From Candidatus Eiseniibacteriota bacterium (GTDB lineage Bacteria > Eisenbacteria > RBG-16-71-46 > CAVPCR01), in the NCBI GenBank assembly GCA_963823555.1, contig CAWGMA010000003.1:416001-480000 (forward strand): DNA of 64,000 nucleotides, written 5' to 3'. Shown piece after piece: positions 41,025-53,844 of this stretch; within the stretch, counting starts at the first letter, position 1, and each line of letters begins with the position of its first letter. The notes beneath the pieces were generated by a model, which was not told where the DNA came from, searched no databases, and worked only from the letters and a program-made list of their open reading frames with translations. The translations under genes were made by a program, and so were the position numbers.

Positions 41025-41333
41025 ATGAGCCAGCCCATCGCGACCAGGGATCGGGCCGTGTTCCGCTCGCAGGCACGCATCTTGAAGGCGCTTGCGAACG
41101 AGTCGCGGCTCATGATCATCGACCGCTTGAGCCGGGGCGAGTGCAGCGCCGGAGATCTCACGCGGCTCGTCGGCTCGGATCAAACGACGGTCTCCAAGCA
41201 CCTCGCCGTCCTCCGCGCCCATGGCATCGTCGAGGATCGCCGGGAAGGGAGCGTCGTCCATTACCGCCTGCTGACTCCGTGCGTCACGAACTTCTTCTCC
41301 TGCGCGATGCAGGTCATCAAGGAGTCGCGCTGA
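41025..41333 (+). CDS. arsR: ArsR/SmtB transcriptional repressor
   Basis: LKALANESRL..QTTVSKHLAVLR..G.V..RREG..Y; C-terminal Cys pair. Confidence 0.9.
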   Translation: MSQPIATRDRAVFRSQARILKALANESRLMIIDRLSRGECSAGDLTRLVGSDQTTVSKHLAVLRAHGIVEDRREGSVVHYRLLTPCVTNFFSCAMQVIKESR

Positions 41334-41420
41334 GGCCGGGCTCTCCGTTTTTTTGGCCGGATGATGTCGGGTTGGCCATATCGCCAAACAGGATGCGTGG
41401 GGGCCGAGGGGAAGAGTCGG

Positions 41421-42599
41421 ATGAGGGACCGAACGAAGCTGCTCTGGATCGCGGCCGCGTTCCTCGTGGCCTGGTTCCTGCCCGCCGGAAATGCGCGCGT
41501 CCAGGGCGCGATCCTCGAGGCCTTCGCCATGGTCCACGAGTACGCCCGCGACCATGTGCTCCTCTGCCTCGTGCCGGCCTTCTTCATCGCTGGCGCGATC
41601 AGCGTGTTCGTCAGCCAGGCCTCGGTGATGCGGTACCTGGGCGCCGGCGCCTCGAAGTGGGTGGCCTACCCGGTCGCCGCGGTCTCCGGCACGATCCTCG
41701 CGATCTGCTCCTGCACGGTCCTCCCGCTCTTCTCCGGAATCCACAAGCGAGGCGCAGGGCTCGGTCCGGCGACCGCCTTCCTCTACTCGGGTCCGGCCAT
41801 CAATGTCCTCGCGATCATCCTCACCGCCCGCGTGCTCGGGCCCGAGATCAGCATCGCCCGCGCCGTCGGGGCGATCGCGTTCGCCGTCGTCATCGGGCTC
41901 CTCATGCACCTCATCTTCCGGCGGGAAGAGGAGGGGCGCGCAGCCGCCGCAGCCGCACCACTGGACCTTCCGGCGCCCTCGCGGCGGCTCTGGCAGGACG
42001 GTGTCTTCTTCGCGAGCATGATGGGCGTCCTCGTCTTCGTGAACTGGGGGCGCCCTGTCGGGCCGGACAGCGCCATCTGGGCGGCGATCTTCCAGGGCAA
42101 GTGGTTGATCTCGGTCGTCTTCCTCGCCGCCGTGGTCGCGGCGATCGCCCGCTGGTTCCAGCGGGACGAGCTCGGCGCCTGGGTCGAATCCACCTGGGGA
42201 TTCGCCAAGCAGATCCTGCCGCTCCTGCTTGCCGGAGTCCTCGTTGCTGGCTTCCTGCTCGGGCGGCCGGGGCGTGAGGGGCTCATCCCCTCGGCGTGGG
42301 TCGCCCGACTCGTCGGCGGCAACAGCCTATCTGCGAACCTCTTCGCCGCCTGCTCCGGGGCCTTCATGTACTTCGCCACCTTGACCGAGGTGCCGATCCT
42401 CCAGGGGCTCATGGGCTCCGGCATGGGGAAGGGGCCGGCGCTCGCGCTCCTCCTGGCCGGGCCGGCCCTGTCCCTCCCGAGCATGCTCGTCATCCGGAGC
42501 GTCATCGGGATGAAGAAGACGATCGTCTATGTCTCCCTCGTCATTGTGCTCTCGACGGCGGCAGGGCTCGTCTATGGCTCGCTCTTTCCGGGGAGGTGA
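41421..42599 (+). CDS. arsP: ArsP/DUF318 permease
   Basis: CSCTVLPLF, FLYSGPAIN, MYFATLTEVP, ALLLAGPALSLP. Confidence 0.85.
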   Translation: MRDRTKLLWIAAAFLVAWFLPAGNARVQGAILEAFAMVHEYARDHVLLCLVPAFFIAGAISVFVSQASVMRYLGAGASKWVAYPVAAVSGTILAICSCTVLPLFSGIHKRGAGLGPATAFLYSGPAINVLAIILTARVLGPEISIARAVGAIAFAVVIGLLMHLIFRREEEGRAAAAAAPLDLPAPSRRLWQDGVFFASMMGVLVFVNWGRPVGPDSAIWAAIFQGKWLISVVFLAAVVAAIARWFQRDELGAWVESTWGFAKQILPLLLAGVLVAGFLLGRPGREGLIPSAWVARLVGGNSLSANLFAACSGAFMYFATLTEVPILQGLMGSGMGKGPALALLLAGPALSLPSMLVIRSVIGMKKTIVYVSLVIVLSTAAGLVYGSLFPGR

Positions 42600-42681
42600 C
42601 AGGGATGCTGCCTGGAAACATCGAACCCCGCGTGTCGAGCCCGGCCAGTCGACTCATTGCAGATTTCAAGGAGGACGCTCC

Positions 42682-42915
42682 ATGTCCAAGATCCAAGTGC
42701 TCGGCCCCGGCTGTCCGAATTGTCAGCTCCTCTACGAGCGCACGAAGCAGGTGGCCCGGGAGATCGGTCTCGAGTGCGAGATCGAGAAGGTCTCAGACCT
42801 CGACCAGATCGTGAGCTTCGGCATTCTCTCGACTCCCGCCCTCGTCGTCGGGGGCAAGGTCAAGGTGAGTGGTCGCGTCCCGACCGTCGCCCAGCTGAAG
42901 GAGATCCTTGCATGA
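42682..42915 (+). CDS. Small redox-active disulfide protein (MTH895/TM0996-like thioredoxin fold)
   Basis: KIQVLGPGCPNC..TPALVV.G.VK..GRVP. Confidence 0.9.
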   Translation: MSKIQVLGPGCPNCQLLYERTKQVAREIGLECEIEKVSDLDQIVSFGILSTPALVVGGKVKVSGRVPTVAQLKEILA

Positions 42916-43445
42916 CGCCGCTTCTCTCCCGCATCGAGGATGCAACGGGCCGCCCATCCGTTCGTCGACATCGCCGCCTAGCTTTCCTCCTCCTCGCCCT
43001 CGCCGCCGGCGGCTGGGTGCTCCCGGGGAGCGCCCAGGCCGACCCGCCGGCCTCGAAGGCTCATCCCGACACCACGGCGGCGGCCGCCGACTCGACGGTC
43101 GCGCACCGCGTGCGCGCCTACTACTTCCACACGACCTGGCGCTGCGACTCGTGCCGGAAGATCGAGGCGTACACGTCCGAAGCGATCACGACCGGCTTCG
43201 CCGCGGAGCTCGAGGACGGCCGGCTGGTCTTCCAGGCCGTGAACATCGAAGAGGAGGCGAACGAGCACTTCATCGACGACTACAAGCTCTTCACGAAGTC
43301 GGTCGTGCTCGTGGATGAGCACTCCGGGAAGCAGGTGGCCTGGAAGAACCTCCCCAAGGTGTGGGAGCTCCTGGGCGACAAGGGGGCTTTCATCCGCTAC
43401 ATCCAGGGTGAGACGCGCGCCTATCTGGGCCGCAAGCCGTCATGA
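42912..43445 (+). CDS. ArsF-like exported CxxC protein
   Basis: YYFHTTWRCDSC..IE; WKNL.KVWE. Confidence 0.75.
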   Translation: MTPLLSRIEDATGRPSVRRHRRLAFLLLALAAGGWVLPGSAQADPPASKAHPDTTAAAADSTVAHRVRAYYFHTTWRCDSCRKIEAYTSEAITTGFAAELEDGRLVFQAVNIEEEANEHFIDDYKLFTKSVVLVDEHSGKQVAWKNLPKVWELLGDKGAFIRYIQGETRAYLGRKPS

Positions 43446-44134
43446 CGGCGCTCTTCGTCGCGATCGGAACCGCCCTCTGGCTCGGGATCCTCACCTCGAT
43501 CAGCCCGTGCCCGCTCGCCTCGAACGTGGCCGCGATCTCCTACGTCGGGCGCAGCGTCGGGAGCCCGGGGCGGGTGCTCCTCGCCGGGTTCCTCTACTCG
43601 CTCGGGCGCGCGCTCACCTACGTGCTCGTTGGCGCGCTCGTCGTCTCGAGCGTGCTCTCGGTGCCGAGCGTGTCGTTCTTCCTCCAGGAGCGGATGAACC
43701 AGATCCTCGGGCCGCTTCTCATCCTGATCGGAGTCGGGATCCTGGGCTGGCTCCGGCTGCCGCTCCCGAACTGGAACGTCGGCGCGGCGATCCGGGAGCA
43801 CACCGCCCGGTCGGGGGTCGCCGGCGCCGGTCTCCTCGGAGTGCTCTTCGCGCTATCCTTCTGCCCGGTCTCGGCCGGGCTCTTCTTCGGCGCGCTCATC
43901 CCGCTCGCGGTGAATGCCCATTCGCGCGTGCTCCTGCCGGCGGTCTACGGTCTCGGCACGGGCCTGCCGGTGGTGGCCGTCTCCGTGCTCCTGGTCCTCG
44001 GCGCCCAGGGGATCGGCCGGGCATTCAACGTCCTGACGAGGATCGAGCGCGTCGCGCGGCCGCTGACCGGCGCGGTTTTCGTCCTCGCCGGGCTCTACCT
44101 CACGGTCATCCACGTCTTCGGCGTCAACCTCTAG
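43442..44134 (+). CDS. ArsG-like / DsbD-type membrane protein
   Basis: LGILTSISPCPLASN..Y.LGR..FALSFCP.S..FFG. Confidence 0.8.
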   Translation: MTALFVAIGTALWLGILTSISPCPLASNVAAISYVGRSVGSPGRVLLAGFLYSLGRALTYVLVGALVVSSVLSVPSVSFFLQERMNQILGPLLILIGVGILGWLRLPLPNWNVGAAIREHTARSGVAGAGLLGVLFALSFCPVSAGLFFGALIPLAVNAHSRVLLPAVYGLGTGLPVVAVSVLLVLGAQGIGRAFNVLTRIERVARPLTGAVFVLAGLYLTVIHVFGVNL

Positions 44135-44472
44135 AGCGTGGGGGAGCTTGAAGAGGCCACCGGCACGAGCGGTCGGCGGCCTCGCGGGAGCGCGCCCCGG
44201 GTCGTTTGACACCGCCGCTGCCGCCATGATAGCCTCCGCCGGCTTGCGCCATTTTTCACAAGCCTCACCGAGCACCGTAACCCCAAGTAAAACTGTTCGT
44301 TGCAATCGCAGGGGGATGGCGGTTAGCGAGACCGGGCAACTCCCCGCCGGTGACTGGCGCGCCGTCCAGAGCGGCGGGCTGGCGGCTGGCGAGGCCGGCA
44401 GGGTTGTGAGGTGGTGCGGGCGCGCAAGCCCCCACCTCCGATCAGCGTCCCGGTGACGCTCAGAGGCAGGCC

Positions 44473-44730
44473 TTGGCGCGAATGTCGAAGGAGCAGGCGC
44501 GGCTCGCGCGGCAGGTCGGAATCCTCACGGTTATCCCGTTCATGCTGCTGGCTGGCCCGTTGCTCGGTTACGTGGTCGGGAGCTGGCTCGATCGCAAACT
44601 CGGCACCGAGCCCGTGCTGCTCATCGTGTCGATCATCGTCGGACTCATAGCCTCCGGGCGCGAGACGTACGAGTTGATCAAGCTCGCGAGCCGCGAAGAT
44701 GTTGAGGGTGATAAGGGCGATGGTAGATGA
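44473..44730 (+). CDS. AtpZ/AtpI-family protein
   Basis: G..LG..LD.KLGTEP; first gene of atp operon. Confidence 0.8.
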   Translation: MARMSKEQARLARQVGILTVIPFMLLAGPLLGYVVGSWLDRKLGTEPVLLIVSIIVGLIASGRETYELIKLASREDVEGDKGDGR

Positions 44731-45133
44731 AGCGGGCAAGGGTACCGGCTATGTCCAGAAGATCGCCCTGGCCAGCATCGGTAGCGGGCTCGTCCTAGCC
44801 ATTGTGCTCCTGGGACTTGGATTCGGCAACTGGGGCGCCGGTGTTCTCGCCGGCGATCTGTGGGCCGTCGGTAACCTCTACTGTGTGCGTTTCGTGTTGC
44901 AGCGAGTGCTCGTGACGGAAGAGGAGCGGCGCGCTCATCCGAGTCCGTTCGGACTCCTCCTCGGCCTCTCGGTCAAGTTTCCCCTTCTCTACGGACTTGG
45001 ATATCTGATGCTCAGCTCCGGTTGGTTCCGTACTGAAGGTCTGGTGATCGGACTCATCGTGCCCTTCGCGGTGGCCTTTGCCGATGCTCTGGCCCAGTTC
45101 GCCGCCGAGAGGCGGCAGGCGGCCGCGTCATGA
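44720..45133 (+). CDS. atpI: ATP synthase subunit I-like membrane protein
   Basis: Four hydrophobic segments; position before atpB. Confidence 0.7.
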   Translation: MVDEAGKGTGYVQKIALASIGSGLVLAIVLLGLGFGNWGAGVLAGDLWAVGNLYCVRFVLQRVLVTEEERRAHPSPFGLLLGLSVKFPLLYGLGYLMLSSGWFRTEGLVIGLIVPFAVAFADALAQFAAERRQAAAS

Positions 45134-46242
45134 CCGGACGTCCCGAACGGGTGAGTCCCCGCGCCGCGCGAGGCGACAGGAGCACGTTTCGGCGCTGGTT
45201 CCGGTTGGGTCTCGTTTTCGCCGCGCTCGTCACGCTGGCGAGCTTGCCGGCACTACGGCCCGGCCGGCTGGTGCCGCCGGCATCGGGCCAGCACCCGGGG
45301 ACGGTGGAGCCCGGTACGGCGGATACGGAGGCAGAAGAGCAAACTGCGGCGCCGCATGGCGTCGCGGAGCACGGGGCCACGGAACCCGGCGCCACAGAGC
45401 ACGGGGCCACAGAGCCCGGCGCCACAGAGCACGGGGCCACAGAGCACGGGGCCACAGAGCACGGCGCTCCGCACTCGGAGCATCCACCCGAGCTCCCCAA
45501 CCTCATCACCATCCTCTACGATCGCTATCCCGACGCTGCCTGGGCCCAGTTCCTGCACACCTGGGAGAACCAGGCGTTCATGTTCCTCTATATCATGGTC
45601 ATCCTCGTGGTGGCGGCCGCCGGATCGCGCGCGCTCAATCGCATCCCAGGTCCGCTGCAGAACGGCGTCGAGTTCGTGGTCGAGAGCCTCGACGACTTCG
45701 TGACGGGCATCCTCGGACCGCAGGGCCGCCGGCTGGTGCCGTTCCTGGGCACGCTCTTCGTATTCATCCTGACCATGAACTACGCCGGGCTCGTGCCGTT
45801 CTTGAAGTCGCCGACCGCGAACCTCAATACGACGCTGGCCATGGCGCTGTGCGTCTTCTTCTACGTGCAATGGACGGGGATCCGGTCGTTCGGCATCGTC
45901 GGTTACCTCGATCACCTGGCCGGCTCGCCCCGGGATCTGGTCGGCTTCATCCTGATGCCGATCATGTTGCCGCTGCATATTGTCGGCGAGCTGGTGAAGC
46001 CGATGAGCCTCTCCCTCCGTCTCTTCGGCAATGTCACCGGCGAGGACGTCCTTCTGGCCGTCTTCGTCGGCCTGGGCGTGGGGTTGCTCGGGGCTTTCGT
46101 GCATGGGTTGCCCTTCGGCATCCCCCTGCAGGCGATTGTCTATCCGCTGCTCCTCATCTTCGGATTCATTCAGGCTCTGGTCTTCACCCTGCTCAGCACC
46201 ATCTACTTCTTCATGATGCTTCCCCACGAGGAGCATCACTAG
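45130..46242 (+). CDS. atpB: F0 subunit a with long N-terminal extension
   Basis: [32 protein letters not shown]. Confidence 0.95.
   Translation: MTGRPERVSPRAARGDRSTFRRWFRLGLVFAALVTLASLPALRPGRLVPPASGQHPGTVEPGTADTEAEEQTAAPHGVAEHGATEPGATEHGATEPGATEHGATEHGATEHGAPHSEHPPELPNLITILYDRYPDAAWAQFLHTWENQAFMFLYIMVILVVAAAGSRALNRIPGPLQNGVEFVVESLDDFVTGILGPQGRRLVPFLGTLFVFILTMNYAGLVPFLKSPTANLNTTLAMALCVFFYVQWTGIRSFGIVGYLDHLAGSPRDLVGFILMPIMLPLHIVGELVKPMSLSLRLFGNVTGEDVLLAVFVGLGVGLLGAFVHGLPFGIPLQAIVYPLLLIFGFIQALVFTLLSTIYFFMMLPHEEHH
45367..45468 (+). repeat. 15 bp coding tandem repeat (E[H/P]GAT, ~7 copies) in atpB
   Basis: gagcacggggccaca and gagcccggcgccaca units. Confidence 0.9.
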
Positions 46243-46306
46243 GGGAGAAGGGCCGGTCCTGCCGGCCCCTCGGACACGAACGACTCTGAAAGGGGGTCTT
46301 ACGTTC

Positions 46307-46543
46307 ATGGATCACAGCGCAACCATCGGACTCGCTCTCCCGATCGGTCTGGGGATCGCCGCCTTCGGGTCCGCTTTCGGTCTCGGCCGCGCGGTCGGTG
46401 CCGCCATGGAGGCGATCGGTCGCCAGCCGGAAGCGGCGGCCAAGATCCAGACTGCCATGATCATCGGCTGCGCGCTCATCGAGGCGCTCACCATCTACGC
46501 CCTGGTCAGCGTGTTCGTGCTGCAGGGGAAGATCGGCAGTTAG
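46307..46543 (+). CDS. atpE: F0 subunit c
   Basis: GxGxGxG helix, RQPE loop, conserved Glu in IEAL. Confidence 0.96.
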   Translation: MDHSATIGLALPIGLGIAAFGSAFGLGRAVGAAMEAIGRQPEAAAKIQTAMIIGCALIEALTIYALVSVFVLQGKIGS

Positions 46544-46609
46544 GGCGATCAACCGGGAGGCGCGGCGGCGGTATTCGCCGGAGCAGCGCCTCGAGGTCCA
46601 GGGAACGCG

Positions 46610-47101
46610 ATGCTTGAGATCAGCTGGCCACAGCTCATAACCAACGTCATCGGCTTCTTGATTCTCTTTCTCGGGCTCAAGCGCTTGGCCTGGGGGCCGA
46701 TCCTCGGCCTCCTCGAGGAGCGCCAGAGCCGCATCAAGAAGGAGATCGAGACGGTCGAGCAGGCCAGGCAGCAAGCCGCCGCGCTCGAAGCCGAGTTCGA
46801 GAACAAGCTCAAGGAGATCGATGCCCTCGCGCGCAAGCGCATCGAGGAGGCCGTGCGCGAGGCGCAGGCGGTGGGCGCGGACATGAAGGAGAAGGCGCGT
46901 CTGGAGGCCGCCGCAATCTACGAGAAGGCCAAGGCCGATATCGAACGCGAGCGCGAGCAGGCGCGAGTGGCGCTCCGTGATGACCTGGTGAAGATGGTGA
47001 TGGTTGCCGGCGAGAAGGTGCTCCGCGTGCAACTGACGCCGGGGGTGCACGAGCAACTCATCACCCGGTACATCGACGAGCTCGAAGGCATCAAGCCGTA
47101 G
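46610..47101 (+). CDS. atpF: F0 subunit b
   Basis: TM helix, WGPI..LEER, coiled coil. Confidence 0.93.
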   Translation: MLEISWPQLITNVIGFLILFLGLKRLAWGPILGLLEERQSRIKKEIETVEQARQQAAALEAEFENKLKEIDALARKRIEEAVREAQAVGADMKEKARLEAAAIYEKAKADIEREREQARVALRDDLVKMVMVAGEKVLRVQLTPGVHEQLITRYIDELEGIKP

Positions 47102-47116
47102 CGGAGCGGAGGGATC

Positions 47117-47698
47117 GTGCCTCGGTCAGCGACCCAGAGCAGCGGAACGCATATCAACTCCGGTCTTGCGCGCCGGTACGCCGCCGCGCTCTATGCGAGC
47201 GCCAAGCAGCGGGGCGTGCAGGACCAGGTCGAAGCGGACCTGACATCCGTCGTGGAGCTGCTCAAAGCCGAGCGCGCTTTCCGCGATTTCCTCCTCAAGC
47301 CGGATGTCCTCGACGAGCAAAAAGCGGAGATCGTGACGCGGAGCCTGGGGCCGCGCGTGCGGCCGCTCACGCTCCACTTCCTTCAGCTCCTGCTCAAGAA
47401 GCGGCGTCTCGACCACCTGGAGGTGATCCAGGAGGTCATGCGCGAACTCATCGAGACCGACCGCGGGATCGTTCATGCCAGGGTGACGACGGCGGTCGAG
47501 CTCAAGCCCGAGCTCAGGGAGAAGCTCAAGGCCCGCCTGGAGGCGACCACCCGTAAGACGATCATCCTCGACCTCGAGGTCGATCCGGAGATCATCGGCG
47601 GGGTCGTCGTCCTTCTCCACAACCAGCTCGTGGACGGGAGCTTGCGGCGGGAGCTGGATCGCCTGCGCGACGATTTGATGGCGGTGCGCGTCATCTAG
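47117..47698 (+). CDS. atpH: F1 subunit delta
   Basis: ARRYAAAL; VDPEIIGG..DGS. Confidence 0.93.
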   Translation: MPRSATQSSGTHINSGLARRYAAALYASAKQRGVQDQVEADLTSVVELLKAERAFRDFLLKPDVLDEQKAEIVTRSLGPRVRPLTLHFLQLLLKKRRLDHLEVIQEVMRELIETDRGIVHARVTTAVELKPELREKLKARLEATTRKTIILDLEVDPEIIGGVVVLLHNQLVDGSLRRELDRLRDDLMAVRVI

Positions 47699-47753
47699 GT
47701 GACGCCGGAAGATTGCTCGAGATAGACGACCTCGAAACAGGGAGCTAGAAGTC

Positions 47754-49289
<1,536 letters not shown>

Positions 49290-49298
49290 CGGAAAGCC

Positions 49299-50174
49299 AT
49301 GAGCTCCCTACGTGTTCTCAAGCGGCGCATCCGCAGCGTCCAGAGCACGCAGCAGATCACCAAGGCCATGGAGATGGTCTCGGCCTCGAAGCTGCGCCGG
49401 GCGCAGAGGGCAGCCGAGTCGGCCCGGCCTTACGGCCAGGCCATGGGCGCCATCCTCGAGCATCTGGCCGAGGCCACGGCGGCCCGCGACCATCCGCTCT
49501 TCGAGCTGCGGGCGGAGGGGCCGGTGCTCCTCGTCGTGATCTCGGCCGATCGCGGGTTGTGCGGCTCGTTCAATACCAATGTCGTGCGCCGCGCGGTCCA
49601 GTTCTTGAAAGAGCGCTCGGGCGACGAGGTCGAGCTCATGTTCGCCGGCAAGAAGGCCTGGGAGTACTTCCGCCGGCGGAGCTGGCCCATGACCGGCGTC
49701 TACAAGGATTTCGGCGGCCGGCTCGAGCTCGAGCGGGCGCAGGAGATCACCGACGATCTGATCGGCCGCTTCACGGCGCGCCAGGTGCGCGAGGTGCACC
49801 TCTTGACATCGCGCTTCGTGACCACGCTCGTCCGGCGGGTGGTGGTGGAGCCGTTCCTGCCCATCGTCGCGGCGCCGCCGGCGGACGGGACCGCAGCGTC
49901 GAGCGCGGACCTCGCCGTCGAGTACATCTTCGAGCCATCGCCCGAGGAGATCTACTCGCGCCTCCTGCCGCGCTACGCGCTGACCCGGGTCATGGCGGCG
50001 ATGCTCGAATCGTTCGCCTCCGAGCATTCGGCGCGCATGGTGGCGATGGGATCGGCGTCGAAGAACGCGGAAGAGATGATCGCGGACCTGGTCCTGCTCC
50101 GGAACCGGATCCGGCAGGCGGCGATCACCAAGGAAATCTCGGAGCTGGTCGGGGGCGCGGAGGCGCTCCGGTAG
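49299..50174 (+). CDS. atpG: F1 subunit gamma
   Basis: QITKAMEMV, DRGLCG.FN, RQAAITKEI.E. Confidence 0.97.
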   Translation: MSSLRVLKRRIRSVQSTQQITKAMEMVSASKLRRAQRAAESARPYGQAMGAILEHLAEATAARDHPLFELRAEGPVLLVVISADRGLCGSFNTNVVRRAVQFLKERSGDEVELMFAGKKAWEYFRRRSWPMTGVYKDFGGRLELERAQEITDDLIGRFTARQVREVHLLTSRFVTTLVRRVVVEPFLPIVAAPPADGTAASSADLAVEYIFEPSPEEIYSRLLPRYALTRVMAAMLESFASEHSARMVAMGSASKNAEEMIADLVLLRNRIRQAAITKEISELVGGAEALR

Positions 50175-50238
50175 CACGGCGGAGACAGGACCGGGCGGAA
50201 CGCCCGCGGGCGATCGATCGCCAGGAGAAGCGACTGGA

Positions 50239-51673
<1,435 letters not shown>

Positions 51674-51676
51674 GCG

Positions 51677-52102
51677 ATGGCGGAACCGGTCTTCACGCTC
51701 GAGATCCTCACCCCGAGCCGGCAGGAGTTCACCGGCAAGGTGACTTCGCTCGTCGCCCCGGGGATCGCGGGCTACCTGGGCGTCCTCGCCCATCACGCCC
51801 CGCTCATCACGCCGCTCGCCGCGGGGAACCTCGAGGTCAAGCTGCCGTCCGGCGAGACCCTGTTCTTCTACGTGAGCGGAGGGTTCCTCGAGGTCTCACG
51901 CAACCGCGCCATCGTGCTCGCCGACGCGCTCGAGCCGGCCAAGGAGATCGATCCGGCGACGGCCGAGGCGGCGGTCCGGGCGGCGCGCGAGGCCCGGCGC
52001 GAGGCGACGGCACCGCCGGCCGTGGAACGGGCCGAACTCGAGCTGTCGCAGGCGCGGGCGCGCCTGCGCGCCGCGCGCAAGCAACGCGGCGAGCTCAACT
52101 GA
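51677..52102 (+). CDS. atpC: F1 subunit epsilon
   Basis: LEILTP..G.LGVL..HAPL..VSGGFLEV. Confidence 0.95.
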   Translation: MAEPVFTLEILTPSRQEFTGKVTSLVAPGIAGYLGVLAHHAPLITPLAAGNLEVKLPSGETLFFYVSGGFLEVSRNRAIVLADALEPAKEIDPATAEAAVRAAREARREATAPPAVERAELELSQARARLRAARKQRGELN

Positions 52103-52167
52103 CGTAGCGGAGCCGGGTCGGCCCGGATCCCGACCGGCGACCGGGAAGCCCTGACCGGGCCGCTTGA

Positions 52168-53562
52168 CTAGACCGCCTTGAGAGCTGCGTTCAGCTCGAG
52201 GATCGCCTTCTTCCCGTCGCCGAAGAGCATCAGGGTGTTGTCGGCGGCGAAGAGCGGGTTCGGGATGCCCGCGAAGCCCGGGCTCAGGCTGCGCTTCACC
52301 ACGACCACGGTGCGTGCCTTGTCGGCATCGATGATCGGCATGCCGGCGATCGGACTCGAGGGATCGGTGCGAGCCACCGGGTTCACCACATCGTTGGCGC
52401 CGATCACGAGCGCCACATCGGTCTGCTCGAACGTCGGGTTGATCTCGTCCATCTCCTTGAGCTTGTCGTAGGAGACGTCGGCCTCGGCCAGGAGCACGTT
52501 CATGTGTCCCGGCATGCGGCCCGCCACCGGGTGAATGGCGAACTCGACCTCGATGCCGCGGGCGGTGAGAATGTTGGTGAGATCGCGCACCGCATGCTGC
52601 GCCTGCGACACCGCCATGCCGTAACCCGGGATGATCACCACGCGCTGCGCGGTGTCGAAGAGCATCGCCACTTCCTCGGGGCTCGAGGACTTGACTTTCC
52701 CCGCATAGACCTTGTCAGCGGTCGGTTGCTCGGCACCGGCGACCCCCATCTTGCCCATCAGCACATTGCCGAGCGAGCGGTTCATGGCCTTGCACATGAT
52801 CTGGGAGAGGATGATCCCCGAGGCGCCGACCAGCGAGCCGGCGATGATGAGGACATTGTTGGCCAGCACGAAACCGGTCGCCGCTCCCGCGAGCCCGGAA
52901 TAGGAGTTGAGGAGCGCGATGGCGACCGGCATGTCGGCGCCGCCGATCGGGATCACGACGAGGACGCCGAGCAGGGAGGCGACGGCCACCAGGAGCAGGT
53001 AGGGCATCATGTTGCCGGGATCGGTCACGATCCAGGCGCCGAACCCGAGGCAGATGAGAAGGAGCACGAGATTGATGAACTGCTGCCCCGGAAAGTGGAT
53101 GAAGCGGTCGGTCATCAGCTCCTGGAGCTTGGCGAAGGCGATCATGCTGCCGGTGAAGGTGACCGCACCGATGAGCCCCGAGGCCACGCTGGCGACGGCG
53201 ACCTGGGCGATGGGTGCCGAGCTCACGACGTGCGCCTCGACCAGGGCGGCTCCCGCGACCAGGACCGAAGCCGCGCCGCCGAAGCCGTTGAGGAGCGCCA
53301 CCATCTGCGGCATGGCGGTCATCTGCACCCGGGTCGCGAGCAGGGCGCCGATCGCCGAGCCGATGATGACGCCGAGGAAGATGTACTGGAACTCGACGAT
53401 GTTGCGGTCGAGGAGGGTGATCACCACCGCGAGCAGCATGCCCATGGCGCCCGTCATGTTGGCGCGCACCGCGGTGCGGGGCGAGGCCAGCCCCATGATG
53501 CCGAAGATGAAGAGGATCGACGAGATCAGGTATCCGACATTGATCAAGACTGTGGTTGGCAC
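52168..53562 (-). CDS. pntB: NAD(P) transhydrogenase beta subunit
   Basis: GGADMPV, HPVAGRMPGHMNVLLAEA, GANDVVNP. Confidence 0.96.
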   Translation of the reverse strand: MPTTVLINVGYLISSILFIFGIMGLASPRTAVRANMTGAMGMLLAVVITLLDRNIVEFQYIFLGVIIGSAIGALLATRVQMTAMPQMVALLNGFGGAASVLVAGAALVEAHVVSSAPIAQVAVASVASGLIGAVTFTGSMIAFAKLQELMTDRFIHFPGQQFINLVLLLICLGFGAWIVTDPGNMMPYLLLVAVASLLGVLVVIPIGGADMPVAIALLNSYSGLAGAATGFVLANNVLIIAGSLVGASGIILSQIMCKAMNRSLGNVLMGKMGVAGAEQPTADKVYAGKVKSSSPEEVAMLFDTAQRVVIIPGYGMAVSQAQHAVRDLTNILTARGIEVEFAIHPVAGRMPGHMNVLLAEADVSYDKLKEMDEINPTFEQTDVALVIGANDVVNPVARTDPSSPIAGMPIIDADKARTVVVVKRSLSPGFAGIPNPLFAADNTLMLFGDGKKAILELNAALKAV

Positions 53563-53565
53563 GGC

Positions 53566-53844
53566 TCAGCCCTTCTTGCGGAACATACCCAGCATGCGGT
53601 GGGTCACCATGAACCCGCCGACGACGTTGATCGTGGCGAAGACCACGGCGGCCACGCCGAGAATCGTGCTCAGCGGATTGGGCGTACCGGCGGAGATCAT
53701 GGCACCGATGAGCGTGATCCCGGAGATGGCGTTGGACCCCGACATGAGCGGGGTATGGAGGAGCGGGGGCACCTTGGTGATCACGTAGAAGCCCACGAAC
53801 ACGGCGAGGGCGAAGATGGTGATGCTTTGCACCAGAGCTTCCAT
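53566..53844 (-). CDS. pntA: NAD(P) transhydrogenase alpha subunit, part 2
   Basis: LHTPLMSGSNAISG, NVVGGF.VT.RML. Confidence 0.94.
   Translation of the reverse strand: MEALVQSITIFALAVFVGFYVITKVPPLLHTPLMSGSNAISGITLIGAMISAGTPNPLSTILGVAAVVFATINVVGGFMVTHRMLGMFRKKG

Noticed and set aside
46307..46543. Na+-translocating ATP synthase
   Set aside because: Subunit c has L at the Gln position and EAL rather than ES/T, consistent with H+ coupling
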